From the NCBI GenBank assembly GCA_963842885.1, contig CAWJIE010000005.1, positions 128,001-192,000 of the forward strand: a stretch of DNA of 64,000 nucleotides, given 5' to 3'. This document shows, in pieces, positions 53,823 to 64,000 of the stretch. The position numbers and the translations under genes were made by a program. The number at the start of each line of letters is the position of its first letter. The stretch's first letter is position 1. Origin of the DNA: an uncultured Nitrososphaerota archaeon. GTDB taxonomy: Archaea > Thermoproteota > Nitrososphaeria > Conexivisphaerales > DTJL01. The notes under the pieces were generated by a model. That model searched no databases, was not told where the DNA came from, and saw nothing but the letters and a program-made list of their open reading frames with translations.

Positions 53823-54534
53823 CTATCCCGGCGGGGCCGATGACGAACTCCGCCCTGTCGTGTGAGTCAAGGTCGATCGCAAGCCATCGATCCCCGTTCC
53901 TGCTCAGGCTAATCCGCGTGTGTATATAAGCAGCGGTGTGGTCGGAGCCTTGGGCTGCCGTGGTGTTCGTGTCGGGATTGTAGCGGACGCCGTTCGTCAC
54001 GACGACGAGAGTCCCCCTCGTCAGGGCGCTGTAGGCGAGCTCCCTGCAGAAGAGCGAAAGGCGGGCCGTGTCTCTGGAGAACTCGGTCCCTCCATAGAAG
54101 AGGTCGCTGAGAGAATCGACAAAGACGGCTGAATAGCGCCCTGATTCCAGGGCGGCCGTGACATCGGCAACCACCTTCTCGAAGGACTTTGCGCCAAGCA
54201 CGTCGACGTTGGAGAGAACGGCGTCGGGCTCCCTCTTCCGTAGCGTAGTGATTTGATGAACCCTCTCCGGACGGAATGTGCCCGCCGTATCCACGAAGAG
54301 AATCCTCCCCTTCTCGTCGGGGAAGTCGACGGCCAGAGTGAATAGAACCTGGGACTTGCCTGCCCCGCTGTCGCCCGAGAACTCGGTCAGCCTGCCGAAG
54401 GAGACGCCACCCCCCAGCACCAAATCCAGGTGCCTGGACCCCGTGCTCACCCTTGCGACGGGGTCTATCGCCCGGCGGTCGATTTCATGTCTCGAAGGAG
54501 GACCGCCAGCCAGGTTGTCGTCTTCTAGCAACAA
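53812..54534 (-). CDS. RadA paralogue (aRadC/RadB type, no N-terminal HhH)
   Basis: STGSRHLD, GDSGAGKS, DTAGTFRPER, VDSLS. Confidence 0.88.
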   Translation of the reverse strand: MLLEDDNLAGGPPSRHEIDRRAIDPVARVSTGSRHLDLVLGGGVSFGRLTEFSGDSGAGKSQVLFTLAVDFPDEKGRILFVDTAGTFRPERVHQITTLRKREPDAVLSNVDVLGAKSFEKVVADVTAALESGRYSAVFVDSLSDLFYGGTEFSRDTARLSLFCRELAYSALTRGTLVVVTNGVRYNPDTNTTAAQGSDHTAAYIHTRISLSRNGDRWLAIDLDSHDRAEFVIGPAGIVDV

Positions 54535-54713
54535 GAGGCCTCCTGACCGGACGCTCTCACTCGAATCCGAGCTAAAAACGTATGCGCCTCCAGGTGCTCA
54601 GAGCGGGCCGCGTAAGATGCAAGATGCGAAGCAAAGCAGCCGACAGAAGGCTTTTATTAGTGTGGGTCTTCCCTCTTGGCAGCTTGAGCGAGAATCTCAC
54701 ACCCAATTCATCT

Positions 54714-54950
54714 ATGAAGAAACCGCTTGTAGTTCTACAGAAAGCGATAAACAAGCCCGTGAGAGTCCGACTGAAGAACTCCGAGGAGTACAGGGGGGTC
54801 ATGGTCAACATAGATCCCTACATGAACGTCTTCCTGTCCGACGCCGCCGAGTTCGATGACGGTGGCTCTATAGTGACCAACTACGGCAAGGTCGTCATTA
54901 GGGGGAACAACGTACTCTTCGTGATGGTCGAAGAGGCCCTCAAGATCTAG
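54714..54950 (+). CDS. Sm/LSm RNA-binding protein
   Basis: VRLKN..YRG....DPYMNVFL, IRGNNV. Confidence 0.95.
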   Translation: MKKPLVVLQKAINKPVRVRLKNSEEYRGVMVNIDPYMNVFLSDAAEFDDGGSIVTNYGKVVIRGNNVLFVMVEEALKI

Positions 54951-55830
54951 GCCTCCCGTCCAGGATTTCCGATACGGCTGCCTCCGCTTCATAGCTTAGG
55001 CCATAGCGGCGGTTGAAGAATCGGACGATGTTCGTGACGTCCTTTCTCAGGTGGTCTCTGGCGTTCGGATGAGATTTCCTTATCGCTTGAGGCCAGTCGA
55101 TGAGGACCACCCTGTGCTCGGAGGTGATCAGAACGTTGTATTCGCTCATGTCTCCGTGCACGACGCCGGCTGCATAGCAGCCCTCGATGGCCAGAAGTAT
55201 GGATGCGAGCACGGCCTTCGCATCGTCCAGGGCCTTGACCTTGTACAGTGGAATCCCCAGCTCCATCTCCATCATGACCGTGTGGTAGATGAAGTCCTTC
55301 ACCTTGGGGACCGGCAGCCCGATTCCCTCCAGGCCCTTCAGCACCTTCGCCTCTCTCGCAGCGGCCTGGATGCTGGCAGTGAGCCAAGCGTGCTCTTCGG
55401 AGGAGGCGTATCCTCTCTTCCTCTTGATGTCCCTGAAGCTTATTCGTCCGAGCCTGAAGAACTTGAGGGCGAAGATGCGCTCGTCTTTGTCCATGGCCTC
55501 AAGGACGTCGGATTCCTTGCCCACGGCGATGGAGGGCCCCAGCCTGGCAAGCAGGCCCACCTCGGCGTAGGAATGGAGGGCTAGGGCGTCCAGCCCTTCG
55601 CCAAGGAGCTTGTAGCCCTGCCTGTCTCCGTTGATGAGGCCTATCTTCTCCAGCTTTGCCAGGTGGAACTCGGCCCTCTCTCGGGGTTGGGCGCTCAGGG
55701 CCGCGACGATCTCCAACGGCACCCTGTCGAAGTTCTTCAGGGAACGAACGAATTCCCTGAGGATGACGTAATCCTCTCCTTCAAGGAGCTCGGTGGCCTC
55801 TGCCGCCCGCCTGACCTGTGACAAGCGCAA
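54940..55830 (-). CDS. Rio2-type serine/threonine kinase
   Basis: N-terminal wHTH, VGKESDV, HGDMSEYN, IDWPQ. Confidence 0.93.
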   Translation of the reverse strand: MRLSQVRRAAEATELLEGEDYVILREFVRSLKNFDRVPLEIVAALSAQPRERAEFHLAKLEKIGLINGDRQGYKLLGEGLDALALHSYAEVGLLARLGPSIAVGKESDVLEAMDKDERIFALKFFRLGRISFRDIKRKRGYASSEEHAWLTASIQAAAREAKVLKGLEGIGLPVPKVKDFIYHTVMMEMELGIPLYKVKALDDAKAVLASILLAIEGCYAAGVVHGDMSEYNVLITSEHRVVLIDWPQAIRKSHPNARDHLRKDVTNIVRFFNRRYGLSYEAEAAVSEILDGRPRS

Positions 55831-55912
55831 CTTGCCTCGGCTGGACCTGCCTTAAAAGAGTAAGCGTGATGAGCCTCCACAAGACAGTTAAGCATGGTCG
55901 GTTGGCTCGGAC

Positions 55913-56692
55913 ATGGACAGGATGTTCGAACCTCATACGCGAGCGACCAGGATCGCGTACGGAGCCGTCTTCGCAGCGCTGGTCGCAGCCAGCACCAGCG
56001 TGCTGAATATCAGTATTCCGTCGACGAGGGGCTACTTCAATCTCGGCGACCTGATGGTCTACACCACGGCCATCCTGACGGGCCCCTTGGTGGGAGGGCT
56101 GGCAGGGGGGGTTGGCTCCGCCCTTTCGGACACGCTCCTGACGTACTACACGTACGCGCCTGGGACCTTGGTAATCAAGGGATTGGAGGGGCTCATCGTG
56201 GGCTACCTCTTCAAGAAACGGGACTCGCCCACCATCGAGAGGCATTGGAGGGCGGTGACGCTAGTGATGAGCGCTGTGCTCTTCCTCCTCATCGCCTCCA
56301 TGGACTCTTTCTACTATTCAGGAGGGCTCAGCCTCGGGACCAACTTCGTGGGGATGATGACGGGGGGATACTCATATAGTGCCTACTTCGACGTCTGGCT
56401 CTTGGGCGGTGCCGTTGCGGCCGTACTCGTTGCCTACTGGGGGCTCAGATCGGAGCCGAGGCTTGGGTGGAAATCCCTCAGCATAGTTGTAGGTGGGGCG
56501 GAGATGGTGGCGGGATATTTCACCTATGAGGTGTCCGTGCTCGGAGTGCCCGTTCCGGCGGCTCTGGTGGAGGTCCCCGTCAACGTCGCCCAACTGGTCT
56601 TCGGCCTAGTCGGCGCTCTCTTCCTGACAGAGGGTGTGGCGGCAGTTTTCAAGAGGCCTTCTGCCCGGACCCCGCGACCACAGCCTCGATGA
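55913..56692 (+). CDS. ECF transporter S component
   Basis: GYFNLGD, GSALSD, APGTLVIKG, MVAGYF.YE. Confidence 0.9.
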   Translation: MDRMFEPHTRATRIAYGAVFAALVAASTSVLNISIPSTRGYFNLGDLMVYTTAILTGPLVGGLAGGVGSALSDTLLTYYTYAPGTLVIKGLEGLIVGYLFKKRDSPTIERHWRAVTLVMSAVLFLLIASMDSFYYSGGLSLGTNFVGMMTGGYSYSAYFDVWLLGGAVAAVLVAYWGLRSEPRLGWKSLSIVVGGAEMVAGYFTYEVSVLGVPVPAALVEVPVNVAQLVFGLVGALFLTEGVAAVFKRPSARTPRPQPR

Positions 56693-58281
56693 AGGCCTCG
56701 AAAACCTGTTCTGGTGCGCCGGGTCGGCTGGAGAACTCCGGGTGGAACTGCGTCGCCATGTAGAACCTGTTGCTAGGGAACTCCAGTATCTCGGCCCTCA
56801 GCCCGCCGTCGCTGAAGCCAGAATAGACGGCACCCTTCTCTTCGAGGAGCGGGCGGAGCTTGGGGTTGATTTCGAAACGGTGCCTGTGCCTCCTCCGTAT
56901 GACGTCGCTCCCATAAATACGGCGTGCCTTGGTGCCGTCCTATGAGCTTGATGTCGTGTCCTCCCAGCCGCATGGTGCCGCCCATGTCGCTGACGGACGC
57001 CTGCTCGGGGAGGAGATCCACCACCGGCTCCGGCGTGTCCGGGTCCAGCTCGGTCGAGTTGGCCCTCTTCAATCCCACCACGGAGCGGGCGAAGGCGACC
57101 GTGGCCAGCTGGAAGCCGAAGCAGAGCCCCAGGTAGGGGATGTCGTTGATTCGCGTGTAGTCCGCCACTGCGATCTTGCCCTCGCTCCCACGCTTGCCGA
57201 AGCCCCCGGGGATCACAACGCCGTCGTATCCTCTCAACGCTTCAGGGCTCTCCTTCTCGAACCTCTCGGAGTCTATCCATTCCAGCTTCAGTCCCACCTT
57301 CAGGTCGGCGGCCGCGTGATGGAGGGAGTGGTTAACGCTGACGTAGCTGTCAGCCAAGTTCACGTACTTCCCCACCATCGCGACACGCATCGTCCTCGAA
57401 TATTCGATGAAACCCGAAACCACGTCGGGCCAGTTGCCCCACCTCACTTCGCGCTGGGGAAGCTGGAGCCTCCTGAAGAGGGGCTTCAGGATGCCGTCCT
57501 TGGCGAGCACGCCGGGCAGGAGGTAAACGGACTTCAGGTCCGGGTTGGATATCACCGCATCGGAATCGACGCTGGTGAAGAGGGAGATCTTCTTCTTCGC
57601 TTCCACAGGAAGCTCCGTCTTGCTTCTTACCACTATGATGTCGGGCTGGATGCCAATCCTTCTCAGCTCCTGGACGCTGTGCTGGGTCGGCTTCGTCTTG
57701 ATCTCGCCCACGGGGTCGAGGGTGGGGGCGAGGGTGACGTGGATGAAGAGAGTGCCATCGGGACCCTCCTCCATCTTCATCTGACGGAAGGCCTCCAGGA
57801 ATGGGAGGCTCTCCATGTCGCCCACGGTGCCGCCGCATTCCACGAGGAGCACGTCGACGCCGCTGGAAGTCGCCAGCTCGCGAAGCCTCTTCTTGATCTC
57901 GTCGGATATGTGGGGGATGATCTGGACACAGCTTCCTAGGTAGTTCCCCTTGCGCTCCGCCCTGATTACCTCCTGGTAGACCTGACCGGTAGTGATGTTG
58001 TGCTGGCGCGTGAGGTTGGCGTTGAGAAAGCGTTCGTACGTCCCCAGGTCCATGTCGCATTCGCCGCCGTCGTCAGTGACAAAGACTTCGCCATGGACGA
58101 TGGGATTCATCGTCCCCGCATCCACGTTCAGATACGGGTCGATCTTGGCGATCGTGACCTTGAGGCCGGCCATCTGGAGGAGCTTGGCGGTTGAAGCGAC
58201 GGTGGCTCCCTTCCCGAGACCCGACATAACACCTCCGGTGACGAAAACAAACTTCGGTTTCCGAAAAATGTCTTCCGGCAC
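56649..58281 (-). CDS. pyrG: CTP synthase, frameshift near 56940
   Basis: TGGVMSGLGKG, KTKPTQ, GLCFG; RHRHRFE and TQFHPE in adjacent frame ending TGA 56649. Confidence 0.96.
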
Positions 58282-58322
58282 AGAATATCTACTGGAGAGA
58301 TATTCTTAAACCCTTTCCCGGT

Positions 58323-59294
58323 TCACTTCACGAAAGGATAGAGCATCTCGGCGAGGTCGGCGATGTCGACCAGGAGGCGCCTGATGTCCTCCAGCCGGTC
58401 GGCCACCTGGACGAGGGGCGCGTCCCTCCTCATCTCTTCGAGGAACTCCTCCGCGTCGTTGGCCTTGGCCAGGAAGGAGGGGTAGGTGGTCCCCTTCCCT
58501 CCGAGGAAGTAGGACGTCGCCATGTCGTGGAGCTCCGCCAGCCTGGAAGCCGTTTCTGCGAACATGCGCCTCTTCGCCTTGTCGACGGGCAGGAGCGGCT
58601 TCAGATGAGAGGCTAACGCGAACGAATGGTCCCCAAGCAGCTCGACATGGTGCGACGCCAGCCGATAGTCCAGGCACTGCACGTTGGTCAGCCCGAGCTT
58701 CGCCGCCATCCTGGTGTCGGCCATCGTGCTTCTGAGAAGTCGGACCATCAAGAAGAAGAGGCGGTTCACTTCTACGTCTCTCTGCATCACGTCGTCCAGC
58801 AGCGAAGGGTCGTCGGCCGATGCGGCCTCAAGGGCGTCGACATACATGCTCCTCGCCAGGTTATTCATTCTGCGATAGAGCTTCTCAGGAGGGATGGTGT
58901 CCAAGTCTAGGAGGAACTGGAGAGTGAGGCTAATGGGCTCCTCGCTAACGACCTCCAGGCCGAGAAGGCCGTGGACGGACTCCCTGAGGTACCTCTTCAC
59001 CTTCGCCACCTGAGTCCGATCTCCGGCGACGTTGATGACGTTGTAGCCCAGGAGGTAGGCGGCGGTGACGTCTCGGACAACCGCCTGGGGGTCATCTCCG
59101 GCAGCCTTGACGGAGACGTAGCTCTTCTCCTCGACGCTGGCCACGTCCTTGGGGTAGACGAGCAGGGCGCCTGAAGGTGTCTCCTCCAGCCCCACCGTGT
59201 CGCCGTGCTGAAGGCGGCTCTTGACGACCCAGACTTTGGGGAGAGAGACCAACAGCGTGCCGCCTCCGAGCGACTGGAGCTTCCGGTATTCCAT
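58323..59294 (-). CDS. AbrB-PhoU phosphate uptake regulator
   Basis: RKLQSLGGGTLLVSLPKVW AbrB domain plus PhoU repeats. Confidence 0.92.
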   Translation of the reverse strand: MEYRKLQSLGGGTLLVSLPKVWVVKSRLQHGDTVGLEETPSGALLVYPKDVASVEEKSYVSVKAAGDDPQAVVRDVTAAYLLGYNVINVAGDRTQVAKVKRYLRESVHGLLGLEVVSEEPISLTLQFLLDLDTIPPEKLYRRMNNLARSMYVDALEAASADDPSLLDDVMQRDVEVNRLFFLMVRLLRSTMADTRMAAKLGLTNVQCLDYRLASHHVELLGDHSFALASHLKPLLPVDKAKRRMFAETASRLAELHDMATSYFLGGKGTTYPSFLAKANDAEEFLEEMRRDAPLVQVADRLEDIRRLLVDIADLAEMLYPFVK

Positions 59295-59341
59295 TACGAG
59301 TTTAAAGTCGTTAGTACTTGTATAAATGTCAGTCGTGGGCT

Positions 59342-60418
59342 TCAGATGATCAGCAGGGACTTTGTGAAGTGAGTGAGAACCTGCGGCTTGTCCTTGACTA
59401 TAACCGAGTCCTCGATGCGCACGCCGTACCTCCCCTTGAAGTAGACGCCGGGCTCCACGGTGACGGCCATGTTCTCCTTGAGGATCTCCTGATCGCCACG
59501 TCTGATGAACGGTGCCTCGTGCACGTCAAGCCCGACGCCGTGTCCGGTGCCGTGGACGAAGTACTGCTCCAGCCCCTGCTGGGAAAGCTGACTTCGGACG
59601 GCCCTGTCGACGTCGTCAGTCCTGGCCCCGACCCTCATGGCGCCGATGCCTGCCAGCTGTGCCTGAAGCACGGCGTCATAGGACCTCTTCATCTCCTCCG
59701 AGGCTGAACCTATGGCGAACGTCCTGGTGGCGTCGACGACGTAGCCGAAGTACCTGAGGACGTAGTCGCATACGACGAAGTCATCCTTCTCCACCTTCCT
59801 CTCCGTGGTGTACGCGTGAGGGAAGGAGCCGTTGGCGCCCGCGGCCACGATCAGGGGGTTGAGGGTGTTGGCGTAGGCGGGCGGGTCTGCTTTCATCCGT
59901 ATCATCTCCTCGAGGATGGCCGCTGCAATCGTCCTTTCGTCGATCCCGGGCGACAGGAGCTCTGCGGTGACTTCGTAGAGCTTGTCCATCACCTTAGCCC
60001 CCTCCACCAAGTACGCGAGCTCGGCCTCGTCTTTCACCTTGCGGCTCGTCATCAGCGCTTCGGGGTCGGCCGTGAGGCCCGAAGGGAGGATAGACGCGAA
60101 CCGGTTGAACGTGACGACGTCCACGTCGTCGATAAGGGCCTTCCTCGACCCGACCTTCTCCTTGACCTTGTTCAGCATGTCTGCCCCACGGTCGCTGCCT
60201 ATCACGTTGACGTCAGGGGCCGATTCTCTCGCACGCTCCAGCTCGAGGGCGGGCACCACGATACTGGTTTCGTCCCCGGTGACTATGACGCTGGCCTCCC
60301 CCCAAAAGCCCGTCAGGTAGTAGATGTTCTGGGGTTCCCCCGCGAACACGGCGTCGAACCCCTTGCTTCGGGCGTAGTCCAGCACGTTGCGATGCCGCCG
60401 GGCGTAATCGACCTTCAA
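59342..60418 (-). CDS. Xaa-Pro aminopeptidase (M24)
   Basis: HGTGHGVGLDVHEAP, TVEPG, GVRIED. Confidence 0.94.
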   Translation of the reverse strand: MKVDYARRHRNVLDYARSKGFDAVFAGEPQNIYYLTGFWGEASVIVTGDETSIVVPALELERARESAPDVNVIGSDRGADMLNKVKEKVGSRKALIDDVDVVTFNRFASILPSGLTADPEALMTSRKVKDEAELAYLVEGAKVMDKLYEVTAELLSPGIDERTIAAAILEEMIRMKADPPAYANTLNPLIVAAGANGSFPHAYTTERKVEKDDFVVCDYVLRYFGYVVDATRTFAIGSASEEMKRSYDAVLQAQLAGIGAMRVGARTDDVDRAVRSQLSQQGLEQYFVHGTGHGVGLDVHEAPFIRRGDQEILKENMAVTVEPGVYFKGRYGVRIEDSVIVKDKPQVLTHFTKSLLII

Positions 60419-60551
60419 GCTGATTCAGCGCGGTATGGGCTGCTTGACCGTAATTAGCCTTTCTGCCCTCTCGTCGCGGGACTTTTCTGATGCCAAGCCG
60501 CTACAGCTTAAATACTGTGGCGGCTGATTCCCCCGTAAGCGCGCAGCGAGC

Positions 60552-63500
60552 TTGGTTCACATCAGCAAACTGACTGTCAAGGGCTTCAAATCCTTCCCCC
60601 AGAAGCAAGTGACGGTCAACCTGGAGCTGGGACTGAACGTTATCACCGGACCAAACGGATCAGGGAAGTCCAACATCATCGATGCCATCCGCTTTGCGAT
60701 GGGTGAGAACAGCGCCAAATCCCTTAGGCAGAATTCGATGACCGGGCTCATCTACGATCCTGGGACGGGAGCGACGGACCTTGCAAGGGTCTCCGTCACA
60801 TTCGAGAACGGAGACAAGTCGCTGGCGGTGGAGGATGATCGTGTGACCGTGGTTCGCGAGCTCAAGCCGAACGGCGACAACGCCTACTACATCAACGGGA
60901 AGAAGATCGCCAGGAACTCCCTCATTGAGCTTCTCGGCGCAGCCCACATCACCCCCGAAGGGCTCAACGTCATCCCGCAGGGTGCGATAGGGAGGCTCGC
61001 GGAGCTCCATCCCAACGAAAGGCGGCAGATTATAGAATCCGCCATAGGGCTCAAGCATTTCGATGAGAAGAAGTCCGAGGCCCTTGACCGCCTCAGAGAC
61101 GCCGACAACCAGCTGGCGGTATCTTTCGCCAAGCTCGACGAGAGAAGGGGAAGCATCGAGAGGCTCGAGGTGGAGAGGAACGACGCGCTCCGGTTCAAAC
61201 AGATTGAGTTCGAGATAGACAGGCTTCGCAAGGCCATAAGCCAGAAGAGAATCAGAGAGGTGGACGATCAGCTGAACGTCCACGCCAGGAAGGCGAGCGA
61301 GCTCCTCCTCCAGCAAAATCAGGCCAGGTCCAGGATCGCCGAACTGGAGGTCTCCCTGAGGGAGATCGAAGCGGAGAGAGATGCCTACTATGGCACCAAA
61401 TTGTCCGTCCCCAGCCAGAAGCTCATAGACCTGGGGCTCGAGATTGGCAGGTTGGACACTCAGCTTGGCGGTCTTGAGGAGAAGAAGCGGGAATACGAGC
61501 TGACCCGCACGTCCCAAAGGGAGACCTCGAACCAGCTGGAGGGGATGCTCAGGGCTTTGGAAAAGGAGGCGGCGGAGGTGGTCGATGTGGTGGCGGGCCT
61601 CCAGGGGGAGCTGCGGAGGCTCGACGAAGAAAGCCGCGTCGAGGCCGAGCACAAGAAGGAGCTCCTCAGGAGGCGAGAGAGGTTGGTGGGAAGGAGCCAA
61701 AGGGTCGAGGTCAAAGACCTGCGTCTGGCGGATAGGAAGGGAAGGGCGGACCTCGCCGTCTCCGAGCTTCATACGAAGGTCAGGTCCTTGGAGAGCGGAG
61801 CTTGGAGAGGCCAGCAGTGCCCACGACGAGCTCGTGAAGAAGTACGACGAGGTAAAGGCCATGGTGGACACGATGCGGCATCAGCTTTCCGAGTTGGCAG
61901 CCGACATCAGGAGCTCGAAGGAGCTGCTGAAGGAGTCAGGAGACAATGCCGAGGCCTCTTCCAGGCAGAGGGAGAAGCTGGCAGCAGAAATCAAGATAGC
62001 GGACGGCATCCTCTTCAGCGCCACGCAGACCATCCTCAAGTACGAATCGGGGAAGGAGATAGCTGAAAAGTTCCTGACGGAGGAGCTCAACTCTCAGAAG
62101 GTAGAGGAGCTCGCGAAGTCGGGCGTGGTTGAGGGCTACAGGGGCAAGCTATCCGAGAACATCAAGTACGAAGAGGAGCATTCGTCGGCCGTAAGGGCCG
62201 CAGGGCAGGAATGGCTCTCGGCCATGGTGGTGGACGACATGGACGGCCTCCTCCAGCTGGCGGGGCTGTCCAAGAGGTTGAGGAGCGCCCGCATAAGGAT
62301 CCTGCCGGTGTCGGAGCTGAACAACGCCCCCATGGCCCGCATACCCCACTTGGAAGGCGTCCTCGGCCGCCTGAGCGACTTCATCGAGTGTGACGCCGCC
62401 GTCGCGCCGGCGGTGGAGTTCGTCTTCGGGAACACTGTGCTCACCAGCACGGCGAAGGCCGCCTACCCTCTCTGCCGGAGGGGCTTGAGGTGCGTCACAT
62501 TGCAGGGAGACCTCTTCGAAGCAGGAGGGAGGGCGATGGAAACGGGCAGAGTGAGCGAGCTCTCCCTCAAGCAGCTTGGCATCAGCGACCCCGAGGAGCT
62601 CAAGTACGTCGAGGAGTCCCTCAAGGCGTTCAGGATCTCCATCGACAGGCAGAGGAAGGGGCTGGACAAGCTGGACCAGAGCCAGGAGGGGTTCGAGAAG
62701 GAGAAGTTCAAGGTCGCCCTGAGGCTGGAGAACGCCGAATCCAGGCTGCGGACGCTCGTCCCCCTGGTCAGGCGCTATGAGCGGCTGGAGAAGTCCTCCA
62801 AGCGTCGCATCGAAGAGCAGGAGGAGGGCATGGTCAAGCTCAAGAAGAAGTTGGACAAGGGGATGTCCCTCCTGCCGAAGCTCAGGACGAAGACTGCGAA
62901 GCTGGCCGAGAGAAGGGCGCAGCTGGGCCTGATGTCTCTGGGAGCTCTGGTGGCCGGGATCGAGGGGGAGCTGGCAGAGATCTCTAGGTCGGAGGAATCC
63001 TCGGCCAGGGCCATCCTGAACATCAACGCTTCGCTTTCGACTCTTCAGACCCGCCTGAACAGCGAGCTAAATCCCAAGGCCGGGCAGATGAGGGAGTCCC
63101 TGACGAAGGCCAGGGCGGACCTTCGTGAGGCGGACGAGAACTTGCCCAAGGTGCTGGAGGGTATCACGGCGCTTTCGCGCCAGAAGAAGGAGCTCTCTGA
63201 CGAGGAGGCCAAGATTCGCGAAGACAGCGAGCAGGCGCTCCCCAGGCTGAAGGAGATCGAGGCGACGCAGAAGGCCGTCAGGGATGAGATAGCTTCGCTC
63301 CAGCAGAAGAGCCTCAGGATCGAGAAGGAGAGGCTTAGGATTGACAGCACAGCCCAGAACCTCAGGAACGAGAGGGAGAACGCGCTGCATGCCATGAACG
63401 AGCTGGGGATCGAAGAGGAGGTCGAGTTCCATCCGCAGACGGAGATGTTTCTCTCGATGTTCCTTGAAGAGAGGTCCTCGCTCCAGGGGATGGTGAACCT

Positions 63501-64000
63501 GTTGGCTGACCAGAGCTACAAGGAGGCCTTTACGTCGTACAGGGACGCTTCGAAGCGCAGGAACGAGCTGGAGAAGGACAGGAACGCCATCGTGAAGTTC
63601 ATCGAGGAGGTCGAATCGGAGAAGAAGAACACCTTCATGACGGCCTATGAGAAGCTCGACAGGGAACTGAGGGTCATTTTCACCAAGCTGACTGATGGAT
63701 CGGCGTGGATGGAGCTGGAGAACCCCGCGGACCCCTTCTCCGGAGGGGTCTTCCTCATGGCGCAGTTTCCCATGAAGGCGGCTAGGGAGTCCAGCAGCAC
63801 CAGCGGCGGGGAGAAGGCCGCCGTGGCGGTCTCCTTCCTTCTGGCCTTCCAGTCGGCGTATCCTTCTCCGTTCTACCTGCTCGACGAAATCGACGCCCCG
63901 CTGGACGCCGTGAACGCGGAGAAGCTGGGCAGGCTGCTGGCAGAGTGGTCCTCGAAATCGCAGATAGTTGTCGTCACCCTGAAGGAGGCCATCGTAAGCC
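60552..64000 (+). CDS. smc: chromosome segregation protein SMC, frameshift near 61797, 3'-truncated by window
   Basis: GPNGSGKSN, coiled coils, hinge, SGGEK signature, LLDEID Walker B. Confidence 0.96.

Noticed and set aside
60552-62066. Truncated SMC-like defence ATPase (Wadjet/Lamassu type)
   Set aside because: Continues in the next frame through hinge and C-terminal head as canonical SMC; no defence partner genes nearby

Overview
GC-rich archaeal chromosomal segment. The gene set (GatDE, RadA, Nop5/fibrillarin, S30e, Sm, Rio2, Rqc2, SMC, CBS-C2H2 protein) points to a TACK archaeon, most plausibly a heterotrophic, non-ammonia-oxidising Nitrososphaerota lineage (inference). In order: three related winged-helix genes interrupted by a 1.27-kb TnpB-only element; gatE/gatD; a partly AT-richer nucleotide-sugar/glycosylation island (6-19.7 kb) with eroded genes; an amino-acid/2-oxoacid catabolic block; a MutS-domain-V ATPase; an accessory block of membrane-anchored proteins with SOD, flavodoxin and TerC; glnA-Lrp; then housekeeping genes to the end. 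Many genes, including essential ones, carry +1 frameshifts that look like long-read errors. The standout observation is the tnpB. It is bounded by 23-bp imperfect terminal inverted repeats starting GG and an 8-bp target-site duplication. That is an IS6/DDE-like architecture rather than the IS200/IS605 hairpin architecture, and the predicted guide covers the promoter of the downstream host gene. No rRNA, tRNA or CRISPR array was found by eye.
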